In this document: piece after piece, positions 22,466 through 30,875 of the stretch
How the letters are laid out: the number at the start of each line of letters is the position of its first letter
Position numbering within the stretch: position 1 is the first letter of the stretch
IMG/VR virus record: IMGVR_UViG_3300045988_047360
Strand: one strand, 5' to 3'
Source: a virus
Length of the DNA stretch: 40,330 bases
Position numbers and translations under genes: made by a program
Notes under the pieces: generated by a model
The model's database searches: none
Told to the model about the DNA's origin: nothing
What the model saw: the letters and a program-made list of their open reading frames with translations, nothing else

Positions 22466-23608
22466 TCAGGTTTTTGCCGTTACGTCAGCGCTGCCGGACT
22501 TGAGCGCATGATAGTTGCCGTCGCACTCAACAACGGTCACCTTCTGGCCAGTGGCAATGGTCAGGTCTTTCTTGCCGTCCCAATCAAGCCAGCCCGCCAC
22601 ATTGTCGCCGTAAGCGACGGTCACAGCGGACGCGCCAGAAGCGTACTTATACTTGTTGCCCGCCGCAGCCTTTGCGGGGGAAACAGTCAGTTTAGTATCG
22701 CCGCTCTTGGTACCGGAGGCAGAAGTAACCGTCAGCGAGCCAAGCTTTCCGCTGTCGATGGTGCCGACAACTACGCCGTCGATGCGCTCGGCAAACAGCT
22801 CAATGCCGTTGATCACGGTGTCAGACGCGGTCATGTTGGTGTAATCAGGCTCCTCGTGGATGCCGATGTAGCCGGTCGCGTCGGTGGTAAAGGTGAAGAC
22901 CTCCTGCAGATCGGCGCCGTTGACGGGGATGTAGTAGAGGACGATGTTGTCCTTAGCCGTGGCGTAAATCTTGCCCTTGGGGACGCTGGCATTCATGATC
23001 AGGGTGCCAAGGCCCAGGAAGTTTTCCACATAGGACATACCGAATGCGGTCTGCACGGTGATGTTGGCCGTAGACAGGTAATCCGCGACGTCCAGCGGAT
23101 TCATGAAGTAGACCGCGCCGATCTCGTCGTCCTCGAAAAGAACCTGCAAATTGCCCCACGCCTGCGCAAGAACAGTCTGGAAGTTCTTACCGCTCACCGC
23201 GCCGGTGCCGGTCGAGAGGAAGTCAAAGAAGCTCTTGCGGATACCCTTCTGCACGTCCTTGAGCATTTCGTCGGTGGTCATCTCCACTGCCTGATCGTAG
23301 CCACGGTCGGTGATCGCTTCGGCGGAGGTCGCCTTGCGCCACTTCTTGAGCGTGATCTCCTTGTAGTTCACGGCCTCGGTCTTGTAATGGGAAAGGGGGA
23401 TGGTGTCACCCTCTGCCACAACGCCGCTTTCAAGCGTGCCGGTCGCCTTGTAGCTCTTGAGCACAGTGCCCGCCTGCTTGGCGATCTTACGGGTCACGCC
23501 GAGCGCCTCCATCAGCTTCTTGATGGAGTAACCGAACATTTCGGTAAATTCGATCTCGCGCACGCGGGCGAGGTCATTTTTCTTGATCAGATTGGTTTCA
23601 GCAGCCAT
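22466..23608 (-). CDS. Major capsid protein (HK97-fold type) with C-terminal Ig-like domain
   Basis: 380 aa following the scaffold gene. C-terminal LTVTSASGTKSGDTKLTVSP..YKYA..WDGKKDLTIATGQKVTVVE is Ig-like. Confidence 0.8.
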   Translation of the reverse strand: MAAETNLIKKNDLARVREIEFTEMFGYSIKKLMEALGVTRKIAKQAGTVLKSYKATGTLESGVVAEGDTIPLSHYKTEAVNYKEITLKKWRKATSAEAITDRGYDQAVEMTTDEMLKDVQKGIRKSFFDFLSTGTGAVSGKNFQTVLAQAWGNLQVLFEDDEIGAVYFMNPLDVADYLSTANITVQTAFGMSYVENFLGLGTLIMNASVPKGKIYATAKDNIVLYYIPVNGADLQEVFTFTTDATGYIGIHEEPDYTNMTASDTVINGIELFAERIDGVVVGTIDSGKLGSLTVTSASGTKSGDTKLTVSPAKAAAGNKYKYASGASAVTVAYGDNVAGWLDWDGKKDLTIATGQKVTVVECDGNYHALKSGSADVTAKT

Positions 23609-23610
23609 AA

Positions 23611-24228
23611 TTAGCCTCCGTTCTTATTTTCAAAAAGATTGATGTTTGCAGCGATCGCCGCGCGGCGCTCTGCTCTGTCCTTGATCTCCATGATCTGATC
23701 TTTGGTCATTGCGCCGCCGCCGGTGTTCGCCGGGGGAGTGGCGGGATTCGCTCCCTTTGTATGCGTGGTAGAGACAAGCCCCTTATAGGTGCCCTCGATC
23801 AGCGCATCAAGGCTCTTGGTGTCCTTGATTTTGTAGCCGTCCAGCTCCAATGCGGCCATTTCTTCGCCGCAGCCGCGCATTGCAAGGTCGAGATTCGCGC
23901 CGGTGATATTTTTGCTTTCAAAGTAAGCCCGCACGGCCTTTTCCTTTGCCGCCTTGCTTTCCTTTGCGGTGATGTCGGACTTAAAGGCTTCAAAGGCCGA
24001 GTGTTCCTTCTCGTACTTCTCCTTATAACCGCCATCACCTGCCGCCTTAAGGTCGTCCAGTTCCTTCTGGACGCCGGGCAGCTTCTCCGCGTCCGCCTTG
24101 TACTTCGTGAGATCGTCCTTGAGGGGGTCGACCACGCCCAGATGCAGCGCAACCAAGCGATTTTCGATTTCTTCGGTGCAAGCCTCGCCGAGAATATTTC
24201 TGATTTCCGCTCTCGTAAATTTCGCCAT
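23611..24228 (-). CDS. Scaffolding protein (GP20-like)
   Basis: AAAGGAG RBS. Charged helical protein MAKFTRAEIRNILGE..KYKADAEKLPGVQKELDDLK. Directly upstream of the capsid gene. Confidence 0.7.
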   Translation of the reverse strand: MAKFTRAEIRNILGEACTEEIENRLVALHLGVVDPLKDDLTKYKADAEKLPGVQKELDDLKAAGDGGYKEKYEKEHSAFEAFKSDITAKESKAAKEKAVRAYFESKNITGANLDLAMRGCGEEMAALELDGYKIKDTKSLDALIEGTYKGLVSTTHTKGANPATPPANTGGGAMTKDQIMEIKDRAERRAAIAANINLFENKNGG

Positions 24229-24314
24229 GTTATTCGTTCTCCTTTTCTTTGGCCCCAATTCTTCGGGGGCGAACGTTGTATAAAAACCGCTGTGCTTCGC
24301 GGGTTTTACCTGTT

Positions 24315-24680
24315 CTAAATTGCGTTTGCCATTTCCCACGCCTTGTGGATTTTTGCCCCTTGCCACGCAATCCAGTCGACAAGCTCCTCGTTTTTGCACC
24401 ATGCCCCTTCAAAAGAAAGTGCGCTATCCAAAAGACCGCTTTCGCTGAAAAATGCGTGGACAATTTCATGCCGTAGCGTTTGCTTTTGAGCCTCTCTTGC
24501 CGTTTCTACTGGCTCGTTTTCCCACCCCTTATAGGTTGTCATGTCGCAAATTACGATTTGCTTCAAAAGGTAGTCGCAATATCCGTCAATGCTCCTTCGC
24601 TCAAATGCCTCATCGTCGCCGTATTTTTTAACGACAATTTCGTAATCCGTGCCTAAAATGTTGACTTTGCTGTTACCCAT
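24315..24680 (-). CDS. Small HExxH zinc-metallopeptidase-like protein
   Basis: AGGAGG RBS. LRHEIVHAFFSESGL motif. 121 aa. Confidence 0.5.
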   Translation of the reverse strand: MGNSKVNILGTDYEIVVKKYGDDEAFERRSIDGYCDYLLKQIVICDMTTYKGWENEPVETAREAQKQTLRHEIVHAFFSESGLLDSALSFEGAWCKNEELVDWIAWQGAKIHKAWEMANAI

Positions 24681-24692
24681 GCGTTGCCTCCT

Positions 24693-24738
24693 GAAAACAA
24701 AAGAGCCAACCTGTAAGAAATCCTTACAAGTTGGCTCT
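24693..24738 (-). terminator. Rho-independent terminator/attenuator inside the head module
   Basis: Long hairpin agagccaac.tgtaag..cttaca.gttggctct followed on the minus strand by TTTGTTTTC, directly before the RBS of the HExxH gene. Confidence 0.6.
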
Positions 24739-24760
24739 AATTGCCCTTTCCTGCGCCCAA

Positions 24761-24892
24761 TTACGCAGAAGTCGTATATTTAATTGCTTTTTTTACTTCC
24801 AAAACGATGTACCCATCGCCTTTTCGCCGGATCTCAGCATCATTGCCGCGTTTAATGATGGCTTCAATAGCCTTGATCGTTTCATTATCCAT
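24761..24892 (-). CDS. Small hypothetical protein (43 aa)
   Basis: Not in the ORF track. MDNETIKAIEAIIKRGNDAEIRRKGDGYIVLEVKKAIKYTTSA. 8-nt overlap with the upstream stop. Confidence 0.4.
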   Translation of the reverse strand: MDNETIKAIEAIIKRGNDAEIRRKGDGYIVLEVKKAIKYTTSA

Positions 24893-25283
24893 TTTTCAGT
24901 TCCTTTTTCAGAATCTCCCGATATTGGTCTGCATGCTCCGCTGCGGCCGGTTTCAAAAAGGGCTGTGCCTTGCTGCCGCTCGTCCGGTGCCAGTTGCCCT
25001 TTGCATCCTGATATACCCACGGCGTCGGCCTGCCGCCCGGATAATATTTTCCGGTTCCCAGCTCCACATAAGCGCCATAATCGGAATTTGTTCCAACATA
25101 AACGGAACGCCCTTCACTGTCTACCTGATGTGTAATACTGTTCCTTAAGTTTCCGGTGTCCACCGGGCACAGCTTTTTTGCATACCCCTCTGCCACCAAA
25201 CCGCACTTTTCCAGCCCGCGCAGCAGCGCCGCCTTGATTGCGGCGGAAACCTCTTTGCTGTTGTCGGTAATTTCAATACTCAT
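24885..25283 (-). CDS. HK97 gp10-family protein
   Basis: AEGYAKKLCPVDTGNLRNSITHQVD..VYVGTNSDYGAYVELGTG matches the gp10 family pattern. Confidence 0.65.
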   Translation of the reverse strand: MSIEITDNSKEVSAAIKAALLRGLEKCGLVAEGYAKKLCPVDTGNLRNSITHQVDSEGRSVYVGTNSDYGAYVELGTGKYYPGGRPTPWVYQDAKGNWHRTSGSKAQPFLKPAAAEHADQYREILKKELKNG

Positions 25284-25456
25284 CGCTCACCCCATGTTTC
25301 AGCAATAAGCGTACCATCCTTCTTGCACTCTCGAACAACTATTCGATTGTCGTCGATATAGCAAATTTCCGAATAATCGCCGCCGGACGGTGTTTTCCCG
25401 TAAACGCGCTCTTTAACAAGTTTTCCATTGTCATCATAGAACTTTTTTGTTTTCAT
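25280..25456 (-). CDS. Small protein (58 aa), candidate immunity/partner of the MuF C-terminal domain
   Basis: Not in the ORF track. MKTKKFYDDNGKLVKERVYGKTPSGGDYSEICYIDDNRIVVRECKKDGTLIAETWGER. AT-rich. ATGA coupling to the next gene. Confidence 0.4.
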   Translation of the reverse strand: MKTKKFYDDNGKLVKERVYGKTPSGGDYSEICYIDDNRIVVRECKKDGTLIAETWGER

Positions 25457-25470
25457 AAGCGCTCACCGCC

Positions 25471-27156
25471 TTACTTTAAGAAAATATCAATGATTTTCGC
25501 TCTGTTCGGGAACGTCTTTCTGAATGCGTCCGGATCTTTAACAAATTCGGCCATGCTTTCCGCAAAATCCTCAGAATTAGCGTTTTCTCCATAAACCGTA
25601 ACCGATTTTTTACCAGATAACTTCTTATCCTCGGCCATTGCATTTGTCCACCATGTATAATCCGAGAATCGTGTGCCATTTACGCTATTGTCCGTATCAA
25701 CTTTATGCCCGATTTCATGGCAATAAGTTCGCACAACATAATCGTCGTTATGCGGATAATCATAACGCCAAAAATTGATGTCTTTTCCGCCCGTAGCATA
25801 ACTACCTCGGAATTTTTTATATCGCTTTCTCCAGTATTTGTCTTGCGGATTATGCACATCTTGAAATATGATTTGCTTCTGCCCCATATCCCGCAATTTT
25901 TCTGGAACCTTGCTCCAAAGCTCAACCGCTTTCTCTGGGGTCATCGCCTGGTGCGCCTTGTTATAACTTGTCGGGAATATGAACTCTGTTCCATCCGGAG
26001 TTTTATAAACCGTGGCATTCGCAGATTTTCTTACTCCATTTTCCGTCCCATCACTAAAATCATATTTCCGCGTCTCTGCGGTACAATCCGAAATAGTAAT
26101 TTGCAACGGTTTGGTTTCTTTTATTATATCAGATTTTGCCGCGCTTGCAACTTGCTTTGTATCTTTCTTCCATCCCGCCCATTCCGCATAGGACATGTTT
26201 GAGATAACCTCTGCTTGCCCCGTATCGGCGTTTCTGGCGCGTCTTTGTGCATCTGAGGTGTCTATCCCATCCACAGCAGCAATCATCGTGCAGCGGCAGT
26301 TATAAATCTCCCGCGGCGGGCCTTGCGGATCTCCCGGAAATCGGCAGCCGTTAGAGAACTTATCGTCTTGCTCTACCTGTTCACCGTCCAGCATGGCGTG
26401 AGAATGACGTGTGCGGCTGTCCAGCGTGGCAAGCCATTCCTTTTTGAGCTTAATCCCCATCTTCTGCGCCGCCGCGTAGCTGTCCATGCGCCCGGCGTTC
26501 TGCGCGCCGGTCACGGCGGTTCGGGCGGTTCGTATCGCGCTGTCGCGGTTCATGGTGGTGATCCGCTTTTGCAGATCATCTGACATGCCTTTGATGCTTT
26601 TGCCTTGTAGGATAGAGCTGGTCACGCTGGCCGTAATCTGCTTTTTGCCCCACGCAAGGTCGATACCGCGCTTCAAAGCGCGTTTTGGCGGGTAATAGGG
26701 CATCAGATCCGGCTGCTCTACCATAAGCCGCTTGACAGTCTGCTCGTCCCACAGATCAAAGCCGACGTTACCCGCGATCTGTTCAATAGTGTATGCCGCA
26801 TAGTTACGGTTCAGGCTGTAAATGCCTGGTGTGGCATCGTTGGTATAAGACACAGCAACGGCGTTCGCGTCTGTCATACGACGCGCCACCTTATCGCGCA
26901 AGGCTTGATAGCGCTCACCGCGTGCAATCTGATTGAGCCGCCATTGCTTATAATCGGATTCCGTCCATTCCTTCCCGTTCTGCACCGTGCCGATCAGAGC
27001 TTGCATTTCCTCATCGCGCTGCTTGAACTGCTCAAAGTATGTGTTGATAGTCCCTTGCAGCTCTTTTCCAGTCTCTCGATACAGCTTTGCAATGCGCCGC
27101 TCCAGCGCCGCCAGCTTTTTATCGGTCAACTGATGCCCAAGATCAGGCGTTGCCAT
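25471..27156 (-). CDS. MuF/SPP1 gp7-like minor head protein fused to a C-terminal zincin (anthrax lethal factor-like) domain
   Basis: N-terminal part has LDSRTRHSHAMLDGE (MuF). C-terminal part has HEIGH (25705-25719) and EDFAESMAEF, like HEFGH..EFFAEAF of the lethal factor family. Confidence 0.7.
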   Translation of the reverse strand: MATPDLGHQLTDKKLAALERRIAKLYRETGKELQGTINTYFEQFKQRDEEMQALIGTVQNGKEWTESDYKQWRLNQIARGERYQALRDKVARRMTDANAVAVSYTNDATPGIYSLNRNYAAYTIEQIAGNVGFDLWDEQTVKRLMVEQPDLMPYYPPKRALKRGIDLAWGKKQITASVTSSILQGKSIKGMSDDLQKRITTMNRDSAIRTARTAVTGAQNAGRMDSYAAAQKMGIKLKKEWLATLDSRTRHSHAMLDGEQVEQDDKFSNGCRFPGDPQGPPREIYNCRCTMIAAVDGIDTSDAQRRARNADTGQAEVISNMSYAEWAGWKKDTKQVASAAKSDIIKETKPLQITISDCTAETRKYDFSDGTENGVRKSANATVYKTPDGTEFIFPTSYNKAHQAMTPEKAVELWSKVPEKLRDMGQKQIIFQDVHNPQDKYWRKRYKKFRGSYATGGKDINFWRYDYPHNDDYVVRTYCHEIGHKVDTDNSVNGTRFSDYTWWTNAMAEDKKLSGKKSVTVYGENANSEDFAESMAEFVKDPDAFRKTFPNRAKIIDIFLK

Positions 27157-28519
27157 CGCCGTTCACCCCCGGCGCGTCCGGTTCTCCAAAGCTCCGGTCA
27201 ATCTCTTCCGCCGCCTTGCGCTTCATCATGTCCTCAAACTGGTCAATATCGCCGTTTATGGTCAGCAGTTTCTTCGTAATGTACTCATCATCGTAATACT
27301 GAGCACCCAGAAGAATTGCCTGTGTTTCTTCGGTTTTGTTGATGATCTGATTGCGCGTGTAGCTGGGTTGATCGTCAATACCGGCCAGCCGCAGGATCTC
27401 AACAATAAAGCGCGTGACTTCGGCTTCAAATTTATCCGTTTTCAGATCGAGCGGCACATAGCTCGCCTTGATAGCCGTCGCGGTCTGATTGCCCGCTGAT
27501 ACTGCAGAAGCATCGAAACACTGAAAATCTTCATAAAGTTTCTTTTTCAGCATGTCGATGGTAGTATTCGTCCCCTCATACGGGGCCTCGACGGTGTGTG
27601 CCTCCGCCTTCGCTCCATCATCGCCGTCGGCATGCGCCACATGAAGCGTTTTCAGGCGCTCCACGAATTTTGCATCATCCAGATCATCCATGCCGCCGCA
27701 GTTGGAAATCACCCAATAAATCAAATTCCCCTCATCCACGTTGTTGACCATGTTGGACGAAGCAAGATCGAGTGCATCAATCGTATTGCGCTTGCCTGCA
27801 ATTTCCGAAAGGCAATGCCTGTTGTTTTTCAGCGGAACAACAGGGAAACCCGGATAATTCCCGCCGTCATAAATTTCAGTCTCGCCGACTTCTGCCTTAC
27901 GGACAATGAGCTTATAACTGCGCTTCTGATGTAATACGCTCATGTCTTTATTTTTTGGCTGGAAATACTCCGTAAAGCCGTCAATCTCGTACAACGTCGC
28001 CCGCAAAGGCTTATCCGGCGCGACCTGCCAGAACCGAATACCAGCTTTCAAAGCGCCGTCCTCTTCATCGTACAGCGGCACAAATTCCAAGAGGGAAAAC
28101 ACGCGGAGATGCGTCAAATCCCAAAATCCAAACGATACGCCCGCGATCTTCGCCGCTCTGGCAGCATCCATGACCTCCTGGTCAAAATCTGCGCACAATT
28201 TCTTGCCTGTGGTCTCATCCGAGAACGTCACACCGTTGCCAAGCAGATAGGAAACTTCCTGATCGACCGCCATGCCGAAGAACCGACTTGCCAGCTTGTG
28301 ATTCGCTGTCCACATATCCTTGTGGGCTTTGCCCTGCATATCATACAAAATCTTTTCGTAGCGATTGATGGAAGGGTTCAGGCCATCGTAATATAGCTCT
28401 GCATCAGCCGCAGCCTTATATGCGCCTGATGCACGATGATCGTTGATTGCGCTCCGAATAAAGGCAATGCGATCCTGTTCGTTCTCGCCGGCGTTTAACA
28501 AATCCTGATAGGTTTTCAT
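27143..28519 (-). CDS. Portal protein (SPP1 gp6-like)
   Basis: 458 aa between terminase and MuF. N-terminal ..AELYYDGLNPSINRYEK..NHKLASRFFGMAVDQEVSYLLGNGV pattern. Confidence 0.8.
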   Translation of the reverse strand: MKTYQDLLNAGENEQDRIAFIRSAINDHRASGAYKAAADAELYYDGLNPSINRYEKILYDMQGKAHKDMWTANHKLASRFFGMAVDQEVSYLLGNGVTFSDETTGKKLCADFDQEVMDAARAAKIAGVSFGFWDLTHLRVFSLLEFVPLYDEEDGALKAGIRFWQVAPDKPLRATLYEIDGFTEYFQPKNKDMSVLHQKRSYKLIVRKAEVGETEIYDGGNYPGFPVVPLKNNRHCLSEIAGKRNTIDALDLASSNMVNNVDEGNLIYWVISNCGGMDDLDDAKFVERLKTLHVAHADGDDGAKAEAHTVEAPYEGTNTTIDMLKKKLYEDFQCFDASAVSAGNQTATAIKASYVPLDLKTDKFEAEVTRFIVEILRLAGIDDQPSYTRNQIINKTEETQAILLGAQYYDDEYITKKLLTINGDIDQFEDMMKRKAAEEIDRSFGEPDAPGVNGDGNA

Positions 28520-28529
28520 TCAACCGCTC

Positions 28530-29807
28530 CTATCTGTTCCAAATGGGTATATAGTCACTTCTCCCTTTTTGCCCAGGCGTTTTCCATATCGATTCTGTAG
28601 CATATCTGCACGCATCGATATGGTGATTATTTGCGTCAGGATACCCGCTGATAATGTCTCCCTCTCGGTTCCTCTCGTACTCGTAAGAAATAAACTCGTC
28701 CGCTGTCTTTGGGCATCTCACTTTGTCAATCACGATGCTTGATAAGCCTTGCATCCATTGCATAGAACGCTCAACACTGCCGGGGCCTTTTCTCGCACTA
28801 ATACAGCGCAGGCCAAATTTCTGATAATCTGCGACGCTTTTGGGTTCTGCGCCGTCTGCTGTGATGAGATCATCCCGCGTAAGGCCATAATCAAGCAACA
28901 TATCTGCCGTTTCTTTATTACGCTTCTTATTTGCGGTCATCTCCGCAAAGATGTACAAAACGCGCCGTGCCGCGTCATAATGGCACTGGTTGAACGCCCA
29001 CGGGTCAGGAAAATATCCCCAGTCAACGCCATTATATATGCGGTCAAAATGCGAAATCTCTTCGTCCGTGATCTCTCGCAGCTCAAGATTCTCAAACACA
29101 TTGCCGCCCGTGCCAACCGAAATACCAAGGTATTCGTGCTGATATGCACGCTCATCCGCCGCTTTAAGGTGCTCCGCTTCGTCAATGAACTGCTGCCCTA
29201 ACCATTCAGGCGGCGCTTGCAGGTACGTTGACTTGTGGCACAAACGATCGGCGCGCTCTTCCAAGCTGTCTTTATTGGCCCAGTTGTCGCGGCTGATCGG
29301 CGGGTTGTAGCTTTCAAAGTTCCAGAAAACCGTGCCGCCGCGCATGGTGGACTGCAGGATATTACGGATTTCCGCCCGCCCGGCAAACTGGTCTTTTTCC
29401 TCGAAGTGCGTCACGGCAATATAACCGAACGGTACTTTGATGGACTTGATCTTCATGGGGTCATCAGCGCCACGGAACATGATCTTCTGTCCGGTTGGCT
29501 TATAGATCAGCTCCATCGGGGATACTTTGGCATCCCAAAACGCCGCCATTCCCAGCTCGCCGATTGCCCAAATATATTGCGCATATACGCTGTCTCGAAT
29601 GGTGTTTGCCACTTTACGCAGAACCAGTGCATGTGTGCCCGGGTTTTGAATCAGCAGCAACGGGACAACGATGGAGATGAAAGACGATTTCAGCGAACCG
29701 CGCCCGCCGCTCTCGTCATAATGCGTGTGGCCATGCCGGAAGACGTCATGTGCAACGTCATAAAACGCAGGGCCTATTTTTTCTGACAAGCGAATTTCAG
29801 ACATCAA
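28530..29807 (-). CDS. terL: Terminase large subunit (PBSX-type)
   Basis: Walker A GGRGSLKS, 425 aa, follows the small subunit with an overlap. Confidence 0.85.
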   Translation of the reverse strand: MMSEIRLSEKIGPAFYDVAHDVFRHGHTHYDESGGRGSLKSSFISIVVPLLLIQNPGTHALVLRKVANTIRDSVYAQYIWAIGELGMAAFWDAKVSPMELIYKPTGQKIMFRGADDPMKIKSIKVPFGYIAVTHFEEKDQFAGRAEIRNILQSTMRGGTVFWNFESYNPPISRDNWANKDSLEERADRLCHKSTYLQAPPEWLGQQFIDEAEHLKAADERAYQHEYLGISVGTGGNVFENLELREITDEEISHFDRIYNGVDWGYFPDPWAFNQCHYDAARRVLYIFAEMTANKKRNKETADMLLDYGLTRDDLITADGAEPKSVADYQKFGLRCISARKGPGSVERSMQWMQGLSSIVIDKVRCPKTADEFISYEYERNREGDIISGYPDANNHHIDACRYATESIWKTPGQKGRSDYIPIWNR

Positions 29808-30189
29808 TTACCACCCGAACCTTTTCACTGCCGTCATTAACGGTCTTTTCCTGCAACATCGCCCACTTGTCAATTACTGTCCCCATCGCCGTTGTGATCT
29901 GGCTCAAATTTGCCGCCGCCAGTTTGTCGGGGTCATTGAGCATTTCAAGGCCCTTGCCGATGAATGAACACACAAGGTCTTTATGCGCGTCCATGTATGC
30001 TAAAACGTCAGCGGCAACTTCTTCCTTTTTTTGTGCGGCTTTTTGCTCAAAATCGCTGCTTGCTTCAACAATCCGCTTTACAGTGGATGCGTTTACGTTG
30101 TTTTTCCTCGCAGTGGCACGATAGCTGCCGCTTTCCAGATAGTCCGCCAGTATTTTCTTTTTCTGCCGGTCTGTCAGACGTGCGGCCAT
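29797..30189 (-). CDS. terS: Terminase small subunit
   Basis: GAGGTGG RBS. N-terminal HTH (ILADYLESGSYRATARKNNVNASTVKRIV). 130 aa, upstream of terL. Confidence 0.7.
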   Translation of the reverse strand: MAARLTDRQKKKILADYLESGSYRATARKNNVNASTVKRIVEASSDFEQKAAQKKEEVAADVLAYMDAHKDLVCSFIGKGLEMLNDPDKLAAANLSQITTAMGTVIDKWAMLQEKTVNDGSEKVRVVIDV

Positions 30190-30239
30190 TTGTCACCACC
30201 TCAAATCGATTTTTTATTCCCCGCGTACATGCGCCAAGC

Positions 30240-30343
30240 GGGGGGCTCCTGGGGGGATTTTTTCTTTTCTTTCTGGGGGATTATAGGGGGTAAGATAATA
30301 CGGGGGATGCAAGGGGGAGAAGAAGAGAGGGGGCAAAAGGGGG
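30240..30343 (+). repeat. Array of eight G5-6 tracts arranged as four GGGGG-N5/6-GGGGG pairs
   Basis: Tracts start at 30240, 30251, 30275, 30286, 30302, 30313, 30329 and 30339. The pairs have 10-11-bp spacing. Confidence 0.9.
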
Positions 30344-30368
30344 AAGTTTCTTTTCTTTTTGCCCTATT

Positions 30369-30423
30369 TTGATTCCGTTTTGATTGCCGTTTGTTTATTG
30401 TTTGATTCCGTTTTGATTTCGCC
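30369..30423 (+). repeat. Five 11-bp phased TTTG(A/T)TTsCG-like repeats
   Basis: TTGATT/TTGTTT starts at 30369, 30380, 30391, 30402 and 30413. Confidence 0.85.
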
Positions 30424-30835
30424 TACTGTCGTGCTGCGGTTTAATTTCATCCGCCCGTCACAGCTGATCATCGCATCGATACGCACGGCAACGTTTTCAA
30501 ATTATTTGGTGCAGCATTGCAGCCCCGCCCTGCTTTAGCGCTTCAAGGAAAGTCCCTGTCACTCGCTGTGGTCTCCCCTTGCGGGGCACCTATGCTGCAT
30601 ATGGCCCTCGTAACAGGGCCATGTTGCGTGTTTTGGGGCTTTGCACGCGTGCCCGCCGATTCACTTTAAGGGGCCCGCATTGATCTCGCGCAATCTCTGC
30701 GGGATATAGAGCCCCGTTATTCGCGCCACGGGGCCACGGCGCTGTAAGGAGGTGTGTGGTAGTAACCCTGCTATAACCATCATACAGTAAAGATTCGATT
30801 GCAACAACTACGACTTTTGAAAACATGCAAACCTT
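30424..30835 (-). other. ORF-free, hairpin-dense region (candidate structured RNA, late-operon leader or pac region)
   Basis: No credible ORF on either strand. Many GC-rich stems, for example atggccct-cgtaac-agggccat (30601-30622) and nested stems at 30670-30745. Confidence 0.4.
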
Positions 30836-30870
30836 TTAAAAGGGCCGCCGGGGCAGCGCCCCCAGCGGCC
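30836..30870 (-). terminator. Terminator closing the early operon
   Basis: 11-bp stem (GGCCGCTGGGG/CCCCGGCGGCC on minus, one G-U pair) directly after the stop at 30876, followed by CTTTT. T-rich on the plus side as well. Confidence 0.65.
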
Positions 30871-30875
30871 TTTCT

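Noticed and set aside
22292-23614. 440-aa plus-strand ORF, and similar long antisense ORFs (7659-8591 +, 18153-19001 +, 3846-4826 -, 9984-10685 +, 36295-36804 +, 33058-33801 +)
   Set aside because: They lie antisense to, or out of frame with, genes that have clear family motifs. They lack an RBS and have R/A/G/L-rich shadow-ORF composition typical of GC-rich DNA.
30280-30312. TTGCAT and TATAAT as a simple sigma-70 late promoter
   Set aside because: The spacer is 21 nt, outside the functional 16-19-nt range. It is reported only as part of the C5/G5-bracketed array.
30590-30826. 78-aa minus-strand ORF in the terS upstream region
   Set aside because: It has no RBS and an implausible composition, and it spans several strong hairpins. 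The region is treated as non-coding.
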